DNA of 45,170 nt, taken from NCBI GenBank assembly GCA_019419725.1, contig DXZL01000001.1:1-45170 (forward strand), given 5' to 3'. The notes under the pieces were generated by a model. The model had not been told where the DNA came from. It saw nothing but the letters and a program-made list of their open reading frames with translations, and made no database searches. This stretch comes from Veillonella sp. GTDB lineage: Bacteria > Bacillota > Negativicutes > Veillonellales > Veillonellaceae. Positions 9,073 through 20,308 of this stretch are shown piece after piece (positions within the stretch are counted from its first letter, which is position 1; each line of letters begins with the position of its first letter). Both the position numbers and the translations under genes were made by a program.

Positions 9073-10043
9073 TATACAATGCCTCTACGCAATAAATCTG
9101 TAATATGAACAATGCCTAGACATTTATTATCTGTATCTACAACTGGTAACACCGTAATAGGGCGTGGTTGATTTTTCTCCATTAAATGAAGAGCTTCAGC
9201 CGCTAATTTGTCCTTTGTAATCGTACGAGGCATAGAGGTCATCATATCCTCTACAGGCCATTCTAAGAAATTACTGCCAGAATCTAATCCGCGGCGCACA
9301 TCACCATCGGTAACAAGGCCTAATAAGTGACCTTCTTCATCAATAACATTAGTAGCACCTAAACCTTTTTCGGTCATTACAAAGAGTGCATCTCGCACTG
9401 TTGCACCTTTAAATACCGTAGGATTATCTTCACCACCATGCATAATATTTTCTACAGTCAACAATAATTTGCGACCAAGAGAACCACCTGGATGGAATAC
9501 AGCAAAGTTTTCAGGTGTAAAGTGATGTCGTTCTAATAAGCATACTGCTAAGGCATCACCTAATGCTAAAGCAACAGTAGTACTTGTAGTTGGCGCTAAC
9601 CCCAATGGGCAAGCTTCACGTTCTACTTCAGCTAGCAATACAATATCAGAATTCTTAGCTAATGTAGATTCTGGTTTACCTACAACACAAATTAATTTTG
9701 CACCTATGCGACGTAAGGATGGTAAGATACTGATGATTTCGCCTGTTTCACCACTATTGGAAAAAGCTAATACTACATCATCTTCTGTAATCATACCAAG
9801 ATCGCCATGCACACCTTCACCAGGATGCATGAAAAGTGCCGGTGTACCAGTACTAGCCAAGGTAGCCGCAATTTTGCGACCAATATGACCAGATTTTCCC
9901 ATACCAGTACATACTACACGGCCCTTACAAGCCAAAATCATATTTACAGCATTTACAAAATTGTGATCCAAACGAGAACTTAATTCCTCAATAGCACGTG
10001 CTTCCTCATGAAGTACCTGTGCTGCTTGTTCTAAAATAGTCAC
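9072..10043 (-). CDS. kdsD: Arabinose-5-phosphate isomerase (KpsF/GutQ; SIS + 2 CBS domains)
   Basis: GMGKSGHIG, ASTGTP, HGDLG, SNSGET, APTTST, FHPGGSLG; GTG start. Confidence 0.96.
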   Translation of the reverse strand: MTILEQAAQVLHEEARAIEELSSRLDHNFVNAVNMILACKGRVVCTGMGKSGHIGRKIAATLASTGTPALFMHPGEGVHGDLGMITEDDVVLAFSNSGETGEIISILPSLRRIGAKLICVVGKPESTLAKNSDIVLLAEVEREACPLGLAPTTSTTVALALGDALAVCLLERHHFTPENFAVFHPGGSLGRKLLLTVENIMHGGEDNPTVFKGATVRDALFVMTEKGLGATNVIDEEGHLLGLVTDGDVRRGLDSGSNFLEWPVEDMMTSMPRTITKDKLAAEALHLMEKNQPRPITVLPVVDTDNKCLGIVHITDLLRRGIV

Positions 10044-10054
10044 AAATACCGCCC

Positions 10055-10873
10055 CTAACCTTTTACGATTTTATCAATAGCTACTAAATCTCGTAGCAAA
10101 GCTTCAAAATTATCTAAGTATAACATGTTTGGACCATCGGATAAGGCTTCCTCTGGATTATCATGTACTTCAAAGAATAGACCATCTACACCACTTGCAA
10201 CAGCGGCACGAGCCAAGTTTGGTACAAATTCGCGATTACCACTAGATTTAGTACCTGCGCCACCAGGTAATTGAACGCTATGTGTAGCATCGAATACTAC
10301 TGGATAATCGAAAGAGCGCATAATTGGGAAAGATCTCATATCTACAACGAGATTGTTATAGCCAAAGCTAAACCCACGTTCTGTGAGCATAAGATTTTCA
10401 TTACCTGTTTCTTTCATTTTATTTAAGACATTTTCCATATCTTTAGGCGCCATAAATTGACCTTTTTTCACATTTACGCATTTGCCAGTTTTAGCTGCAC
10501 CATATACAAGGTCTGTTTGACGACATAAGAAAGCTGGAATTTGTAAAACATCCAATACTTCTGCAGCCGGTTCGATTTGTTCAATGGAGTGAATATCACT
10601 TACAACTGGTACATTGAGTTCTTTTTTTATAGAAGCAAGGATTTTTAGACCTTCCTCAAGACCTGGTCCACGGAAAGAACCGTAGCTAGAACGGTTAGCC
10701 TTATCGAAAGAAGCTTTAAAGATATATGGAACTCCTAAGCGTTCACAAATTTCTTTTGCTCGTCTGCCAATAGCCAATGTACGGTCATAATCTTCAATAA
10801 CACAAGGTCCAGCAAGGACAAAAAGACCTTTACCGCCACCGACTGTAATATCTTTAATTTGAACTGTTTTCAT
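10055..10873 (-). CDS. kdsA: KDO 8-phosphate synthase
   Basis: [44 protein letters not shown]. Confidence 0.97.
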   Translation of the reverse strand: MKTVQIKDITVGGGKGLFVLAGPCVIEDYDRTLAIGRRAKEICERLGVPYIFKASFDKANRSSYGSFRGPGLEEGLKILASIKKELNVPVVSDIHSIEQIEPAAEVLDVLQIPAFLCRQTDLVYGAAKTGKCVNVKKGQFMAPKDMENVLNKMKETGNENLMLTERGFSFGYNNLVVDMRSFPIMRSFDYPVVFDATHSVQLPGGAGTKSSGNREFVPNLARAAVASGVDGLFFEVHDNPEEALSDGPNMLYLDNFEALLRDLVAIDKIVKG

Positions 10874-11605
10874 TTATTTCTCCTCTTGCTCGTAAATTGC
10901 ATTTACACGAGCTAAGTCTTCCGGTGTATCAACACCGATAAATCGTTTATCTGTAAGAATAACACGAATAGTATAGCCATTTTCAAGAGCGCGCAATTGC
11001 TCTAACGATTCGGTTTGCTCCGCTGGTGTTGGTTCCATCTTTGCATAGTTTAATAAGAAATCTCTACGATATGCATAGATGCCAATATGTTTTAACGGCG
11101 CACGTACAAAATCATAACGTGGATACGGAATTAAGGATCTAGAAAAATACATCGCATCATTGCGATTATTTAAAATAACCTTTACAGCTGATGGTTCATC
11201 GTATTCATCCTCCAATAAAGGAGTGGCTACAGTTGCCATTTGTAAGTTTGGATCTTCTTCAAAAAGTTGGGCCAATTCATCAATAAGTTTTGGCTCAATC
11301 ATAGGTTCATCACCTTGAACATTAATAATGACATCTAAGTCTGTATAATGATTAGCAACCTCGGCTAATCGATCAGTTCCTGTAGGGTGATTAGGGTCTG
11401 TCATCATAACAGAACCTCCAAAGTTTTGAACTGCAGAATATACACGTTCATCATCTGTAGCAACAATAGTACACTCAGTTTTTGTCGCTTGTGACACTCT
11501 TGCATAAACACGTTCAATCATTGGTTTACCTGCTATATCCGCTAATGGTTTTCCTGGTAATCTTGTAGAACCATAACGAGCAGGAATAACGCATCCAAAC
11601 TTCAC
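10874..11605 (-). CDS. kdsB: CMP-KDO synthetase
   Basis: IPARYGSTRLPGKPL, GTDR, NVQGDEP, HIGIYAY, ESLEQLRALENG; GTG start. Confidence 0.97.
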   Translation of the reverse strand: MKFGCVIPARYGSTRLPGKPLADIAGKPMIERVYARVSQATKTECTIVATDDERVYSAVQNFGGSVMMTDPNHPTGTDRLAEVANHYTDLDVIINVQGDEPMIEPKLIDELAQLFEEDPNLQMATVATPLLEDEYDEPSAVKVILNNRNDAMYFSRSLIPYPRYDFVRAPLKHIGIYAYRRDFLLNYAKMEPTPAEQTESLEQLRALENGYTIRVILTDKRFIGVDTPEDLARVNAIYEQEEK

Positions 11606-11649
11606 AATAATCCCCCATTTCTGTTATTCGTGTATCTAATTATTATACA

Positions 11650-12762
11650 CTAAATCTCTAAATTTTCTATGAATTCTTGTTTTTCAGAGATGAACTCAAT
11701 TCCAATAGATAGCACTAGAATCGGCATTTTTAAGTCTTCAATTGCATGCAATTGACTCAACTTCACCGCATCCTTCTCCGTGATACAAATAGCATCTGCT
11801 TGATGAGCAAATGCCTCTTTCCAAATATCTACAACATCATCATTTTCAAAATTATGATGATCACCAAATGGCATTGTATGGACCACATTATATCCGATAT
11901 CGGTCAATGTTTGTGTAAAGGATTGAGGGTTCCCAATACCACTAACCGCCATGATTCGATGCGTTTGATATGTATCGACGGGAGAACCATTTTCTCCGTT
12001 AGCCCATTCATCTAATGTATACATACATTGAGGCTTGTGGATTGTTTCATATACAGGTGTATTAGGTAACATATGCGCTAAACGCTTACGAATTCCGGAA
12101 ACAACACCAGGCGCCACTTGATCAACCTTTGTAAGAACAATAATATTAGCTCGCTCTAACCCACTAAGAGGCTCGCGCAATAAACCGCGAGGCAATACAT
12201 GGTCATAACCAAATGGATTAGATGCATCAATAAGAACGATATCAATATCTCGAGCTAATGCACGATGTTGAAAACCATCATCCATAACAAGACAGTCTGC
12301 ACCGAGTTCATTAATAGCAATTTCTGCAGATATAGCCCGTTCGCGGCCGATAATTACATTAGATTTTTGCAACACTTTAGCCAATAGCCATGCTTCATCA
12401 CCACTGATAGATGGCTCTACTAACATCGTACCGTCTTTGGAAATAATGATATTTTTCTTATTGTCCTCAGCTCGATAGCCACGGCTAAGCACGGTAGGAT
12501 GAAGTCCTTTTCGGGCGAGTACATCACATATAAATCTCACCATTGGCGTTTTGCCAGTACCACCGGCAGTAATATTACCAACACTGATAACAGGCACGGT
12601 AACTTTAGTAACACCTTTGCCCGCATCAAAGCGAGCATTTCGTATGGATACAGCCTTTTCGTAACCTTTACTTAGAAAGCCCAAGCTAGAACGAGCCATA
12701 TCACCTAATATGGATTGATTTTCACCACTAACAATGGATTTGAATAATGCTTCCCCGCTCAT
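11650..12762 (-). CDS. lpxK: Tetraacyldisaccharide 4'-kinase
   Basis: VISVGNITAGGTGKTP, LSRGY, GDEA, DDGFQH, LPRGLLREP, TEKDAVK. Confidence 0.97.
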   Translation of the reverse strand: MSGEALFKSIVSGENQSILGDMARSSLGFLSKGYEKAVSIRNARFDAGKGVTKVTVPVISVGNITAGGTGKTPMVRFICDVLARKGLHPTVLSRGYRAEDNKKNIIISKDGTMLVEPSISGDEAWLLAKVLQKSNVIIGRERAISAEIAINELGADCLVMDDGFQHRALARDIDIVLIDASNPFGYDHVLPRGLLREPLSGLERANIIVLTKVDQVAPGVVSGIRKRLAHMLPNTPVYETIHKPQCMYTLDEWANGENGSPVDTYQTHRIMAVSGIGNPQSFTQTLTDIGYNVVHTMPFGDHHNFENDDVVDIWKEAFAHQADAICITEKDAVKLSQLHAIEDLKMPILVLSIGIEFISEKQEFIENLEI

Positions 12763-12816
12763 AGGTGACTCCTCCTATTATGTAATCATAGATGAATATA
12801 ATAAATCATATCGATC

Positions 12817-14121
12817 TTATGGAACAATATGGTGTTTTTTAAAGAGTTGACGTAACTCTTGTGTATTACGTTGTGTTGCACCGCGATTTTCACGGATAAT
12901 ATCAAGACAATTTTGTCCCATTTCCGTTGCCAAATCTTTGTCTTTACATAAGCGCAATACCATAGCGGTTAACTCTTTGCCATTCTTAACTTGTTCACAA
13001 GCATGACGAGAGTTCAATAATGCGAAAATCTCTTTGAAATTAAACATATATGGCCCTACAAGAATTGGTTTACCATGTGCTGCCGGCTCGAGAATATTAT
13101 GGCCTCCAGTCTTCACAAGAGAGCCGCCTACAAAAATAATATCCCCTAAGCTATATAAACGACCTAGTTCACCAATAGTATCTAAAACAACTACTGGTAT
13201 CCCTTCATGAACTGGCTCTGTCATATCACTACGACAAATAGCATTCAATTCATAATGTTTCGCTAACGTTTGAACATCATGACCGCGATATATCTCACGA
13301 GGTGCAATTAACAAGCGAGCTTGAGGATATTCTTGTAAGACTTGTTTAAAGGTCTCAAAGATTGTTTCTTCCTCACCCTTATGTGTACTACCAGCAATGA
13401 TGATTGGATGATTATTACCAAAGCCAAACTCTTCAAGAAGTGATTGTTTTTCTTCAGCTGATACAGTAGCATACGTTTGGTCATATTTCATATTACCTGT
13501 TACGGTAATATCAGATGTTTGTGCACCTAATACTTCAATATGAGCTGCATCGAATTTTGATTGCATACAGAAACGCTCAATGGAACGCAACATTTCTTTC
13601 GTGAACGCACTAATATATTTATAGCGTTTCATACTACGATCAGAAATACGACCATTAACCATCATAACAGGAATATTTTCTGATTGAGCGATACGCAAGA
13701 AGTTAGGCCAAATTTCTGTTTCTACAAGCAAGATAGCAATCGGTTTAATAATATGCAAAATCTTACGCGTCAAATACGGTAAATCTAGAGGGAAGAAAAT
13801 AATTCCTTCTGCCTCTGGAATGATACGATGGGCCATTGCATGCCCTGTTGCAGTTACAACAGACACCACAACAACCGCTTCAGGAAATTCCTTTTTTACT
13901 TCCTTTACTAATGGACTAGTTGCTACAATTTCCCCTACAGAAGCAGCATGAATCCAAATAGCACGACGTCCTTCAATTTTCTTTAGTAGCGAGGCTGGCA
14001 TATAGCCTGCACTCTGTTTGATACGCTCATAAAATCCATCTTCAAAGGCAAGGCGGTATAGAATAACCGGAATCAAGCCAATCCAATAAAATATGAGCAA
14101 TACATTATATATCCAGTACAT
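12817..14121 (-). CDS. waaA: KDO transferase
   Basis: IWIHAASVGE, ETEIWPN, NGRISDRS, GSTHKGEE, DTIGEL, GGHNILEP. Confidence 0.96.
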   Translation of the reverse strand: MYWIYNVLLIFYWIGLIPVILYRLAFEDGFYERIKQSAGYMPASLLKKIEGRRAIWIHAASVGEIVATSPLVKEVKKEFPEAVVVVSVVTATGHAMAHRIIPEAEGIIFFPLDLPYLTRKILHIIKPIAILLVETEIWPNFLRIAQSENIPVMMVNGRISDRSMKRYKYISAFTKEMLRSIERFCMQSKFDAAHIEVLGAQTSDITVTGNMKYDQTYATVSAEEKQSLLEEFGFGNNHPIIIAGSTHKGEEETIFETFKQVLQEYPQARLLIAPREIYRGHDVQTLAKHYELNAICRSDMTEPVHEGIPVVVLDTIGELGRLYSLGDIIFVGGSLVKTGGHNILEPAAHGKPILVGPYMFNFKEIFALLNSRHACEQVKNGKELTAMVLRLCKDKDLATEMGQNCLDIIRENRGATQRNTQELRQLFKKHHIVP

Positions 14122-14123
14122 GA

Positions 14124-15854
14124 TTATCCTTTGTTGGAGAATTGAACGGAATAGAGATGATTGTACAATCCGCCATCAACAGCTAATAGCTCTTGGTGAG
14201 TCCCCTGCTCTACCAAGTGGCCTTGATTGAGTACAACAATTTGATGAGCATTTTGAACTGTGCTCAATCGATGGGCAATAACAAATGCAGTACGCCCTTT
14301 CATAAGACGATCTAACGCCTCTTGTACAAGCTTTTCACTCTCTGTATCTAATGCAGATGTCGCTTCATCTAGAATTAGAATACGAGGGTCTTTCAAAATA
14401 GCACGTGCGATAGCCACACGTTGACGTTGGCCGCCAGATAAGGAGCTTCCTCGCTCGCCCACTACTGTATCGAGACCATCAGGCATCTTTTCTACGAATT
14501 CAAGAACATTAGCAGCCTTAGCAGCTTCATATACTTCTTCATCAGTAGCATCTAATCGACCATACAAGATATTCTCTTTAATTGTGGCATTAAACAACAC
14601 AGTTTCTTGTGGTACAAGCCCGATTTGTTCACGTAACGATTTAAATGTAACATCTTTTACATCATAACCATCAATCGTGATAGCGCCCCCCGTTACATCG
14701 TAGAAGCGAGGTAACAAATTTGCTAGAGTCGTTTTACCAGCCCCAGATGGACCAACAAGAGCTACGCTTTCACCCGCCTTAACAGACAAAGTAAAGTTTT
14801 CGAGCGCTGTTTTTTCACCATCATAAGAGAATGAAACATCTTTAAATTCTACATTGCCATTAATAGATGGCAACGTAATAGCATCAGATTTTTCCACAAC
14901 GTCAGTTTTAGTATCCAAGATTTCAAATACACGATCAGCTGCAGCCAATGCTTTTTGAATATTGCCGTACACTTGGCTCAAGCGTTTAACTGGGTTTGAC
15001 AAGTTGATTGCATAAATTAAGAACGCAATCAAAGAACCTGCTGTAATAGTCCCTGTTACTACAGAATAGCCACCATACCAAAGGATGACTGCCACTGCAA
15101 TGGCCGCAGAAAACTCAACCATTGGACTTAACAAGCTAGTCAACTTAGTAGCTTTAATAACAGCTTTAAAGTTGCGATCATTTTCATCTTCAAAACGCTT
15201 CCGTTCAAAATCTTCACGAGCGAATGATTTTACTACTCGAATAGCGCTGATGACCTCTTGTAAAAGTGCTGTAATGTCAGCCACACGGCCTTGTACATCA
15301 TGACCTGCTACACGAAGCTTTTTACCGAATACATTAATAATGACTAGCACCACTGGAACTGTAATAAAGGTAACAAGTGTCAATTTCCAATCAATAAGTA
15401 GCATAGACACGAGAGAACCGATAAGTGTTACAGATTCTGTAATAAAGGAAATTAAGTTATCAACTACTGCAGACTGAAGTGCAGCAACGTCATTCGTAAG
15501 ATTACTCATGATAACGCCAGTCTTACGGCGATCAAAATAAGATAAGCTTAATTTTTGTAGATGATTAAAGATGGCCTCCCGTACATCGATGATGACACGC
15601 TGACCAATGTAAGACATATTATAGGTTTGACCATACGTAGCAAAACCACGAATTAAGAATATAAGAATGATAGACCCTACTATGAGGTTCAACATAAACA
15701 TATTCTTATCATCTAATACTTGGTCCACTACATTTTTAATAAGCCAAGGCACTACCAAGTATGCCGCAGCTGCGACGATCATGCAGAACACTGCAAAAAT
15801 CATGCGCTTATAATAAGGCTTTACAAAATATAAGAGCCTAGAATAACTATTCAT
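14124..15854 (-). CDS. msbA: Lipid A flippase MsbA (ABC half-transporter)
   Basis: 6-TM domain + NBD (GPSGAGKT, LSGGQRQR, LDEATSALD, AHRLST); sits between lpxB and waaA. Confidence 0.92.
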   Translation of the reverse strand: MNSYSRLLYFVKPYYKRMIFAVFCMIVAAAAYLVVPWLIKNVVDQVLDDKNMFMLNLIVGSIILIFLIRGFATYGQTYNMSYIGQRVIIDVREAIFNHLQKLSLSYFDRRKTGVIMSNLTNDVAALQSAVVDNLISFITESVTLIGSLVSMLLIDWKLTLVTFITVPVVLVIINVFGKKLRVAGHDVQGRVADITALLQEVISAIRVVKSFAREDFERKRFEDENDRNFKAVIKATKLTSLLSPMVEFSAAIAVAVILWYGGYSVVTGTITAGSLIAFLIYAINLSNPVKRLSQVYGNIQKALAAADRVFEILDTKTDVVEKSDAITLPSINGNVEFKDVSFSYDGEKTALENFTLSVKAGESVALVGPSGAGKTTLANLLPRFYDVTGGAITIDGYDVKDVTFKSLREQIGLVPQETVLFNATIKENILYGRLDATDEEVYEAAKAANVLEFVEKMPDGLDTVVGERGSSLSGGQRQRVAIARAILKDPRILILDEATSALDTESEKLVQEALDRLMKGRTAFVIAHRLSTVQNAHQIVVLNQGHLVEQGTHQELLAVDGGLYNHLYSVQFSNKG

Positions 15855-16989
15855 TACATTTCTCCTTACCGAGGTTATATACCAGTTCTGCTACGCGCTT
15901 TACAGCACCTGGTTCACCTAATTTATGATGTACTTCACGCAATTCGCTACGCATCGCTTCATTGCGTTCAACATCAGTCAGAAGAGGTTCTACAAGAGAT
16001 ACAATAGCCTCAGGTGTCACTGCATCTTGTAATAACTCAGGAATTACTTCTTTGCCAGCTACAATGTTCGGCAAACCTACATGCGTCACATTGACGACCA
16101 TCTTACCAATGCCATATGTAACTGGAGATACACGATACAATAAAATAGTTGGTAACTCCATCATAGCTGTTTCTAATGTAGCTGTACCTGATGCGGCGAG
16201 ACATACATCACAAATCTGCATCAAATCATATGTATGGTCTTCTGTAATCGTCACCGGCACTTTGTGAGCATCGATGAAAGTTTCTAATTCACTACGATCG
16301 ATGGTATGTGCGCGAGGCAAGAAGAATTGAATATCCTCATGGTTCGCCATCAATTGCTCGCCACTTTTTAACATCGTATCTAGCAAGGATAGTACCTCTT
16401 GCTTACGGCTACCTGGCATGAGCAATACTTTTTTAGCATCTTTACGAGCTCCAAAATATTCCTCAGCCGCTTCTTTGCTCATCGTAGGATGTACGATATC
16501 CAATAGTGGATGGCCTACAAAGTCTACATCGCATTTATATTTGCGATACGCTTCTGCTTCAAAGGGGAATATGGATGCCACCTTAGTGACATACTTACGA
16601 ATTGTATTGCCACGGCTACTATGCCATGCCCAAATCGTAGGAGCAATGTAATAGAGAACGGGAATTCCCAATTCATGAGCTACAGCTGCAAGTTTCATAT
16701 TAAAACCAGGGTAATCTACACAAACTAGAATATCTGGTTTTTCCTTCATCATGACACGTTTTAAGTAGGTGCGAAGTTTAAAGAATTTCGGTAGTGATTT
16801 TACAATCTCTACAATCCCAATAACGCCTAAATTTTTAATATCATATACGATGCGAACACCAGCGCGTTCCATCAAGGTACCGCCCATGCCAAACATATCA
16901 ACCGAAGGATCTATTTCTTTCAGTGCATTAGCAACACTGGCTGCATGAGTATCACCGGATGCTTCACCGGCGGAAAACATGACTTTCAT
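15847..16989 (-). CDS. lpxB: Lipid A disaccharide synthase
   Basis: SAGEASGD, VDYPGFN, PTIWAW, FVGHPL, MPGSR, SGTATLE, LPNI. Confidence 0.97.
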   Translation of the reverse strand: MKVMFSAGEASGDTHAASVANALKEIDPSVDMFGMGGTLMERAGVRIVYDIKNLGVIGIVEIVKSLPKFFKLRTYLKRVMMKEKPDILVCVDYPGFNMKLAAVAHELGIPVLYYIAPTIWAWHSSRGNTIRKYVTKVASIFPFEAEAYRKYKCDVDFVGHPLLDIVHPTMSKEAAEEYFGARKDAKKVLLMPGSRKQEVLSLLDTMLKSGEQLMANHEDIQFFLPRAHTIDRSELETFIDAHKVPVTITEDHTYDLMQICDVCLAASGTATLETAMMELPTILLYRVSPVTYGIGKMVVNVTHVGLPNIVAGKEVIPELLQDAVTPEAIVSLVEPLLTDVERNEAMRSELREVHHKLGEPGAVKRVAELVYNLGKEKCNE

Positions 16990-17825
16990 TATGCATCCTT
17001 TCTGGAATCTACAAACTCTTGGTCAACAGCACAGATAACAATACCATGACGGTTTGCCAAATCTAGTACATCTTGTTGTTGAACAAAAATAGTCTTTTCA
17101 GCCTCTACAGCAAGGACTTTACACCCACTATCAATCATGGACATTAATGTTTTTATCCCTACAGCAGGAACATCAAAACGAACATCTTGATTTGGCTTTT
17201 CCGTTTTAACCACAACCGCATCGCCACGACCTAATTCACCGCCACGCAAAATGCACTTATCAGTGCCCTCAATAGCTTCAATAGCCATAGCCGCTTTGTG
17301 TTTTACAACTACTGTTTGACCAATATCAAGCCCACCCATTTGCTTAGCTAGTTCAAAGCCAAAGCAAATATCTGCCCATTGTTCATCAGTAGGCTGTGTT
17401 TTTGAAAGCACCCCCACCTTTGGCATAAATGGTTTAAGGTATACAGTTTGATCTAACACTTTAAACCCTTCTCGTTCGATTTCATCTACGATGGCGAGCA
17501 TGATAGTATCATCTTTACGATTTTTAAGGCGTTTAAGAACACCTAAGGTTTTTAAATCAGGGAATGTAAGACCTTTGAAGAGAATTTCCTTAGTCACTTT
17601 ACCTAACATAGTTAATTCTTCAACGCCTTCTTTTTTCAAGGTTTTAAAAATCTTACCTAATTTGGCAACACCAATATCATAGAAAGCATCGGCCTCAGCC
17701 TTTAAAGCCGGGTCTACATCTGGAACTACACCGATAACCACTACCTCATGACCTAATACATGAGCAGCGCGCATGAATTCTACAGGCAAAACGCCTATGC
17801 CTGCAATCAATCCTACCTTTGCCAA
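16989..17825 (-). CDS. lpxI: UDP-2,3-diacylglucosamine diphosphatase LpxI (DUF1009)
   Basis: GLIAGIGVLP, LDIGQTVVV, IEAIEGTD, KPNQDVRFDVPAVG; TTG start with AGGAGGT RBS. Confidence 0.94.
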   Translation of the reverse strand: MAKVGLIAGIGVLPVEFMRAAHVLGHEVVVIGVVPDVDPALKAEADAFYDIGVAKLGKIFKTLKKEGVEELTMLGKVTKEILFKGLTFPDLKTLGVLKRLKNRKDDTIMLAIVDEIEREGFKVLDQTVYLKPFMPKVGVLSKTQPTDEQWADICFGFELAKQMGGLDIGQTVVVKHKAAMAIEAIEGTDKCILRGGELGRGDAVVVKTEKPNQDVRFDVPAVGIKTLMSMIDSGCKVLAVEAEKTIFVQQQDVLDLANRHGIVICAVDQEFVDSRKDA

Positions 17826-18129
17826 GACTATACCTCCTAGATGACCTACGGCCTATATATCAATGAGTGATTACAAATTTACAATACTTAATGCCTCAAA
17901 AAAGACATAATCATATACAATATATTGTACTATAAATAGGCACTTTTTACCATTAAAACACCATGTTTTATGCCTATTTCTTCAACATTTTAGTAGAATT
18001 TTTTCATTCCTCTTTTTACGTCTTATGAACGTAAAAAAACTTCAAATATTTTATCAAAATATTTTATATTTATGACCTAATGTTATAAATTTCACATCCT
18101 ATTAAAAGCATGATATTTATTAAGTACAT

Positions 18130-18161
18130 AAAAAGACCTCGTACATAGTACGAGGTCTTTT
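18130..18161 (-). terminator. Terminator after lpxA
   Basis: AAAAGACCTCGTAC-ATA-GTACGAGGTCTTTT perfect inverted repeat right after the stop codon. Confidence 0.88.
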
Positions 18162-18164
18162 GAA

Positions 18165-18977
18165 TTAGTCACGACGTGTACGCATAATACCACGATCGGC
18201 ATTGCGTAAGAAGCGTAATAAATTTTCAATTTCTACAGAAGAATCAAGTTGCATTTCCATTTCTTCAATAGCCTTAGATAAACTAAAGCCAGAACGATAA
18301 ATAATACGGAATGCTTGTTTTAAATCTCGGCGTACCTCTTCTGAAATGCCCGCACGAGACAATCCAACAGAGTTAAGGCCAATAACACGTGCTGGTTGAC
18401 CATCAGCAATGACATATGGTGGAATATCTTGAACCACCTTCGCCATACCGCCAACCATTGCATTACGACCAATTTTAACAAATTGATGGATACCTGCAAG
18501 GCCACCAATAACCACGCGATCTTCAACGATAGCGTGACCAGCAAGTCCTGCACAGTTACTCATAATTACATTATTGCCAACGATACAGTTATGAGCCACA
18601 TGTGTACATGCTTGAAGCAAGCAATTATTACCTACACGTGTTTCTTCACCTTCTCCAGTAGCGCGGCTAATAGTTACGAATTCACGGATAACCGTTTCAT
18701 CGCCAATATTACAATAGCTTTTTTCGCCTTTAAATTTTAAATCTTGCGGTTCCAACCCAATAGATGCGTTAGGATAAATCTCACAACGCTTACCAATGGT
18801 TGTCCAACCACCAATTACAACATGTGCACCGATTTGTGTGCCATCGCCAATCTCGACGTGTTCGCCGATTACGGCGCCAGGACCTACGATTACATCTTTG
18901 CCCAATTTAGCATTTGGATGGACTATGGCTGTACTATGGATGTTGGATTCTGCATTTTCCATGCCTACAACTATCAC
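18165..18977 (-). CDS. lpxA: UDP-N-acetylglucosamine acyltransferase
   Basis: Hexapeptide repeats, PQDLKF, IREFVTI, HVAHNC, LAGH, IHQF, GLNSVGL. GTG 18977 is best spaced from the GAGGAG RBS; ATG 18962 is the alternative. Confidence 0.96.
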   Translation of the reverse strand: MIVVGMENAESNIHSTAIVHPNAKLGKDVIVGPGAVIGEHVEIGDGTQIGAHVVIGGWTTIGKRCEIYPNASIGLEPQDLKFKGEKSYCNIGDETVIREFVTISRATGEGEETRVGNNCLLQACTHVAHNCIVGNNVIMSNCAGLAGHAIVEDRVVIGGLAGIHQFVKIGRNAMVGGMAKVVQDIPPYVIADGQPARVIGLNSVGLSRAGISEEVRRDLKQAFRIIYRSGFSLSKAIEEMEMQLDSSVEIENLLRFLRNADRGIMRTRRD

Positions 18978-18996
18978 TACAATCACTCCTCAATTA

Positions 18997-19422
18997 TTAT
19001 ACAAGGGCAAACATGTATTCACCGCTAGCGCACAATTTGTCGCCAACATAGGCACGGCCTTCAACCTTACCCATTTTACCTTTGATTTTAACAATATCCA
19101 CTTCCATGCGCACTTGATCACCAGGTTTTACAGGGTGACGGAAACGTACTTTATCAATACCTGTAAACATAGGTGTAAGACCGCGATTTTCTTCAGGATA
19201 TAGTAATGCAATACCACCAACTTGAGCAATAGCCTCAGTCAATAATACACCTGGCATTACTGGATTGCCTGGGAAGTGACCTTGGAAGAACAATTCGTTG
19301 AATGTAGCGTTTTTAATGCCCACAGCGCGTTTCATAGGTTCTAACTCAACGATGCGATCTACCAAAAGCATAGGATAACGATGAGGTAAAATTTCTAAAA
19401 TGTCTTCGTGATTAAGAATCAT
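18997..19422 (-). CDS. fabZ: 3-hydroxyacyl-ACP dehydratase
   Basis: LPHRYPMLLVDR, FFQGHFPGNPVMPGVLLTEAIAQ. Confidence 0.97.
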   Translation of the reverse strand: MILNHEDILEILPHRYPMLLVDRIVELEPMKRAVGIKNATFNELFFQGHFPGNPVMPGVLLTEAIAQVGGIALLYPEENRGLTPMFTGIDKVRFRHPVKPGDQVRMEVDIVKIKGKMGKVEGRAYVGDKLCASGEYMFALV

Positions 19423-20258
19423 GGCTGTGTCTCCCTTATTTCTTCCATTATACTACGAGCCAATCTTGAATTTAATTCATGACTCGATTTCAAAGCAATT
19501 ACATGACCTTCAATTGGTCCCAATAAGAATAAGTCGCCTATTACATCTAACGCCTTGTGACGAACTAATTCATCGTCAAAGCGAGGTACAGACAAACATT
19601 TCTCATCATCATAGACTAATGCATTATCTAGGTTACCACCTTTTGCAAGGCCCATAGCCTGTAATTGTTCTAATTCCTTCATAAATCCGATAGTTCTAGC
19701 AGCACTGATGTGTTCTTTAAAGTATTCTGGCGAAACTTCAAAATCACAATGTTGCGTACCAAGTAACGGATGGCTGTTAATCGATGTAAATGTAATGCGA
19801 TAGCCATCATATGGCAAAATAACTACAAAACGATCACCATCATATATAGCGTGAGAACGTGTCACTTTATATACTTGACGTGGTGCTGTTTGTTCTTGAA
19901 TGCCTGCCTCTTCTATGAGACCTATAAAAACTGCACTACTGCCATCACCTACAGGAGGTTCAGGAGAATCCATCTCGATATAACAGTTATCAATATTCAT
20001 AGCACTGAACGCAGCCATCACATGTTCTACAGTGAAAACCTTCGCTTCACCATTTTCCAATGTAGTAGCGCGCATAGTGTTCGTCACATTATCAATGTGT
20101 GCTCGCACAGAAGGATGACCTTCAATGTCCGTGCGGACAAACACAATTCCTGTATTTTCAGGTGCAGGTTTAAAAACCATATTTACTGGTTCACCGCTAT
20201 GAAGGCCAATCCCTTGATATGAAACAGCCTGTTTAATTGTTTGTTGTGGCTTACTCAT
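19419..20258 (-). CDS. lpxC: UDP-3-O-acyl-GlcNAc deacetylase
   Basis: GIGLHSG, TVEH, RHKALDVIGDL (HKxxD zinc motif), KSSH. Confidence 0.97.
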   Translation of the reverse strand: MSKPQQTIKQAVSYQGIGLHSGEPVNMVFKPAPENTGIVFVRTDIEGHPSVRAHIDNVTNTMRATTLENGEAKVFTVEHVMAAFSAMNIDNCYIEMDSPEPPVGDGSSAVFIGLIEEAGIQEQTAPRQVYKVTRSHAIYDGDRFVVILPYDGYRITFTSINSHPLLGTQHCDFEVSPEYFKEHISAARTIGFMKELEQLQAMGLAKGGNLDNALVYDDEKCLSVPRFDDELVRHKALDVIGDLFLLGPIEGHVIALKSSHELNSRLARSIMEEIRETQP

Positions 20259-20308
20259 AAGAAAGTCCTTTCATAATCTGAATTCACGTTTACTATACAC
20301 CAATATGT

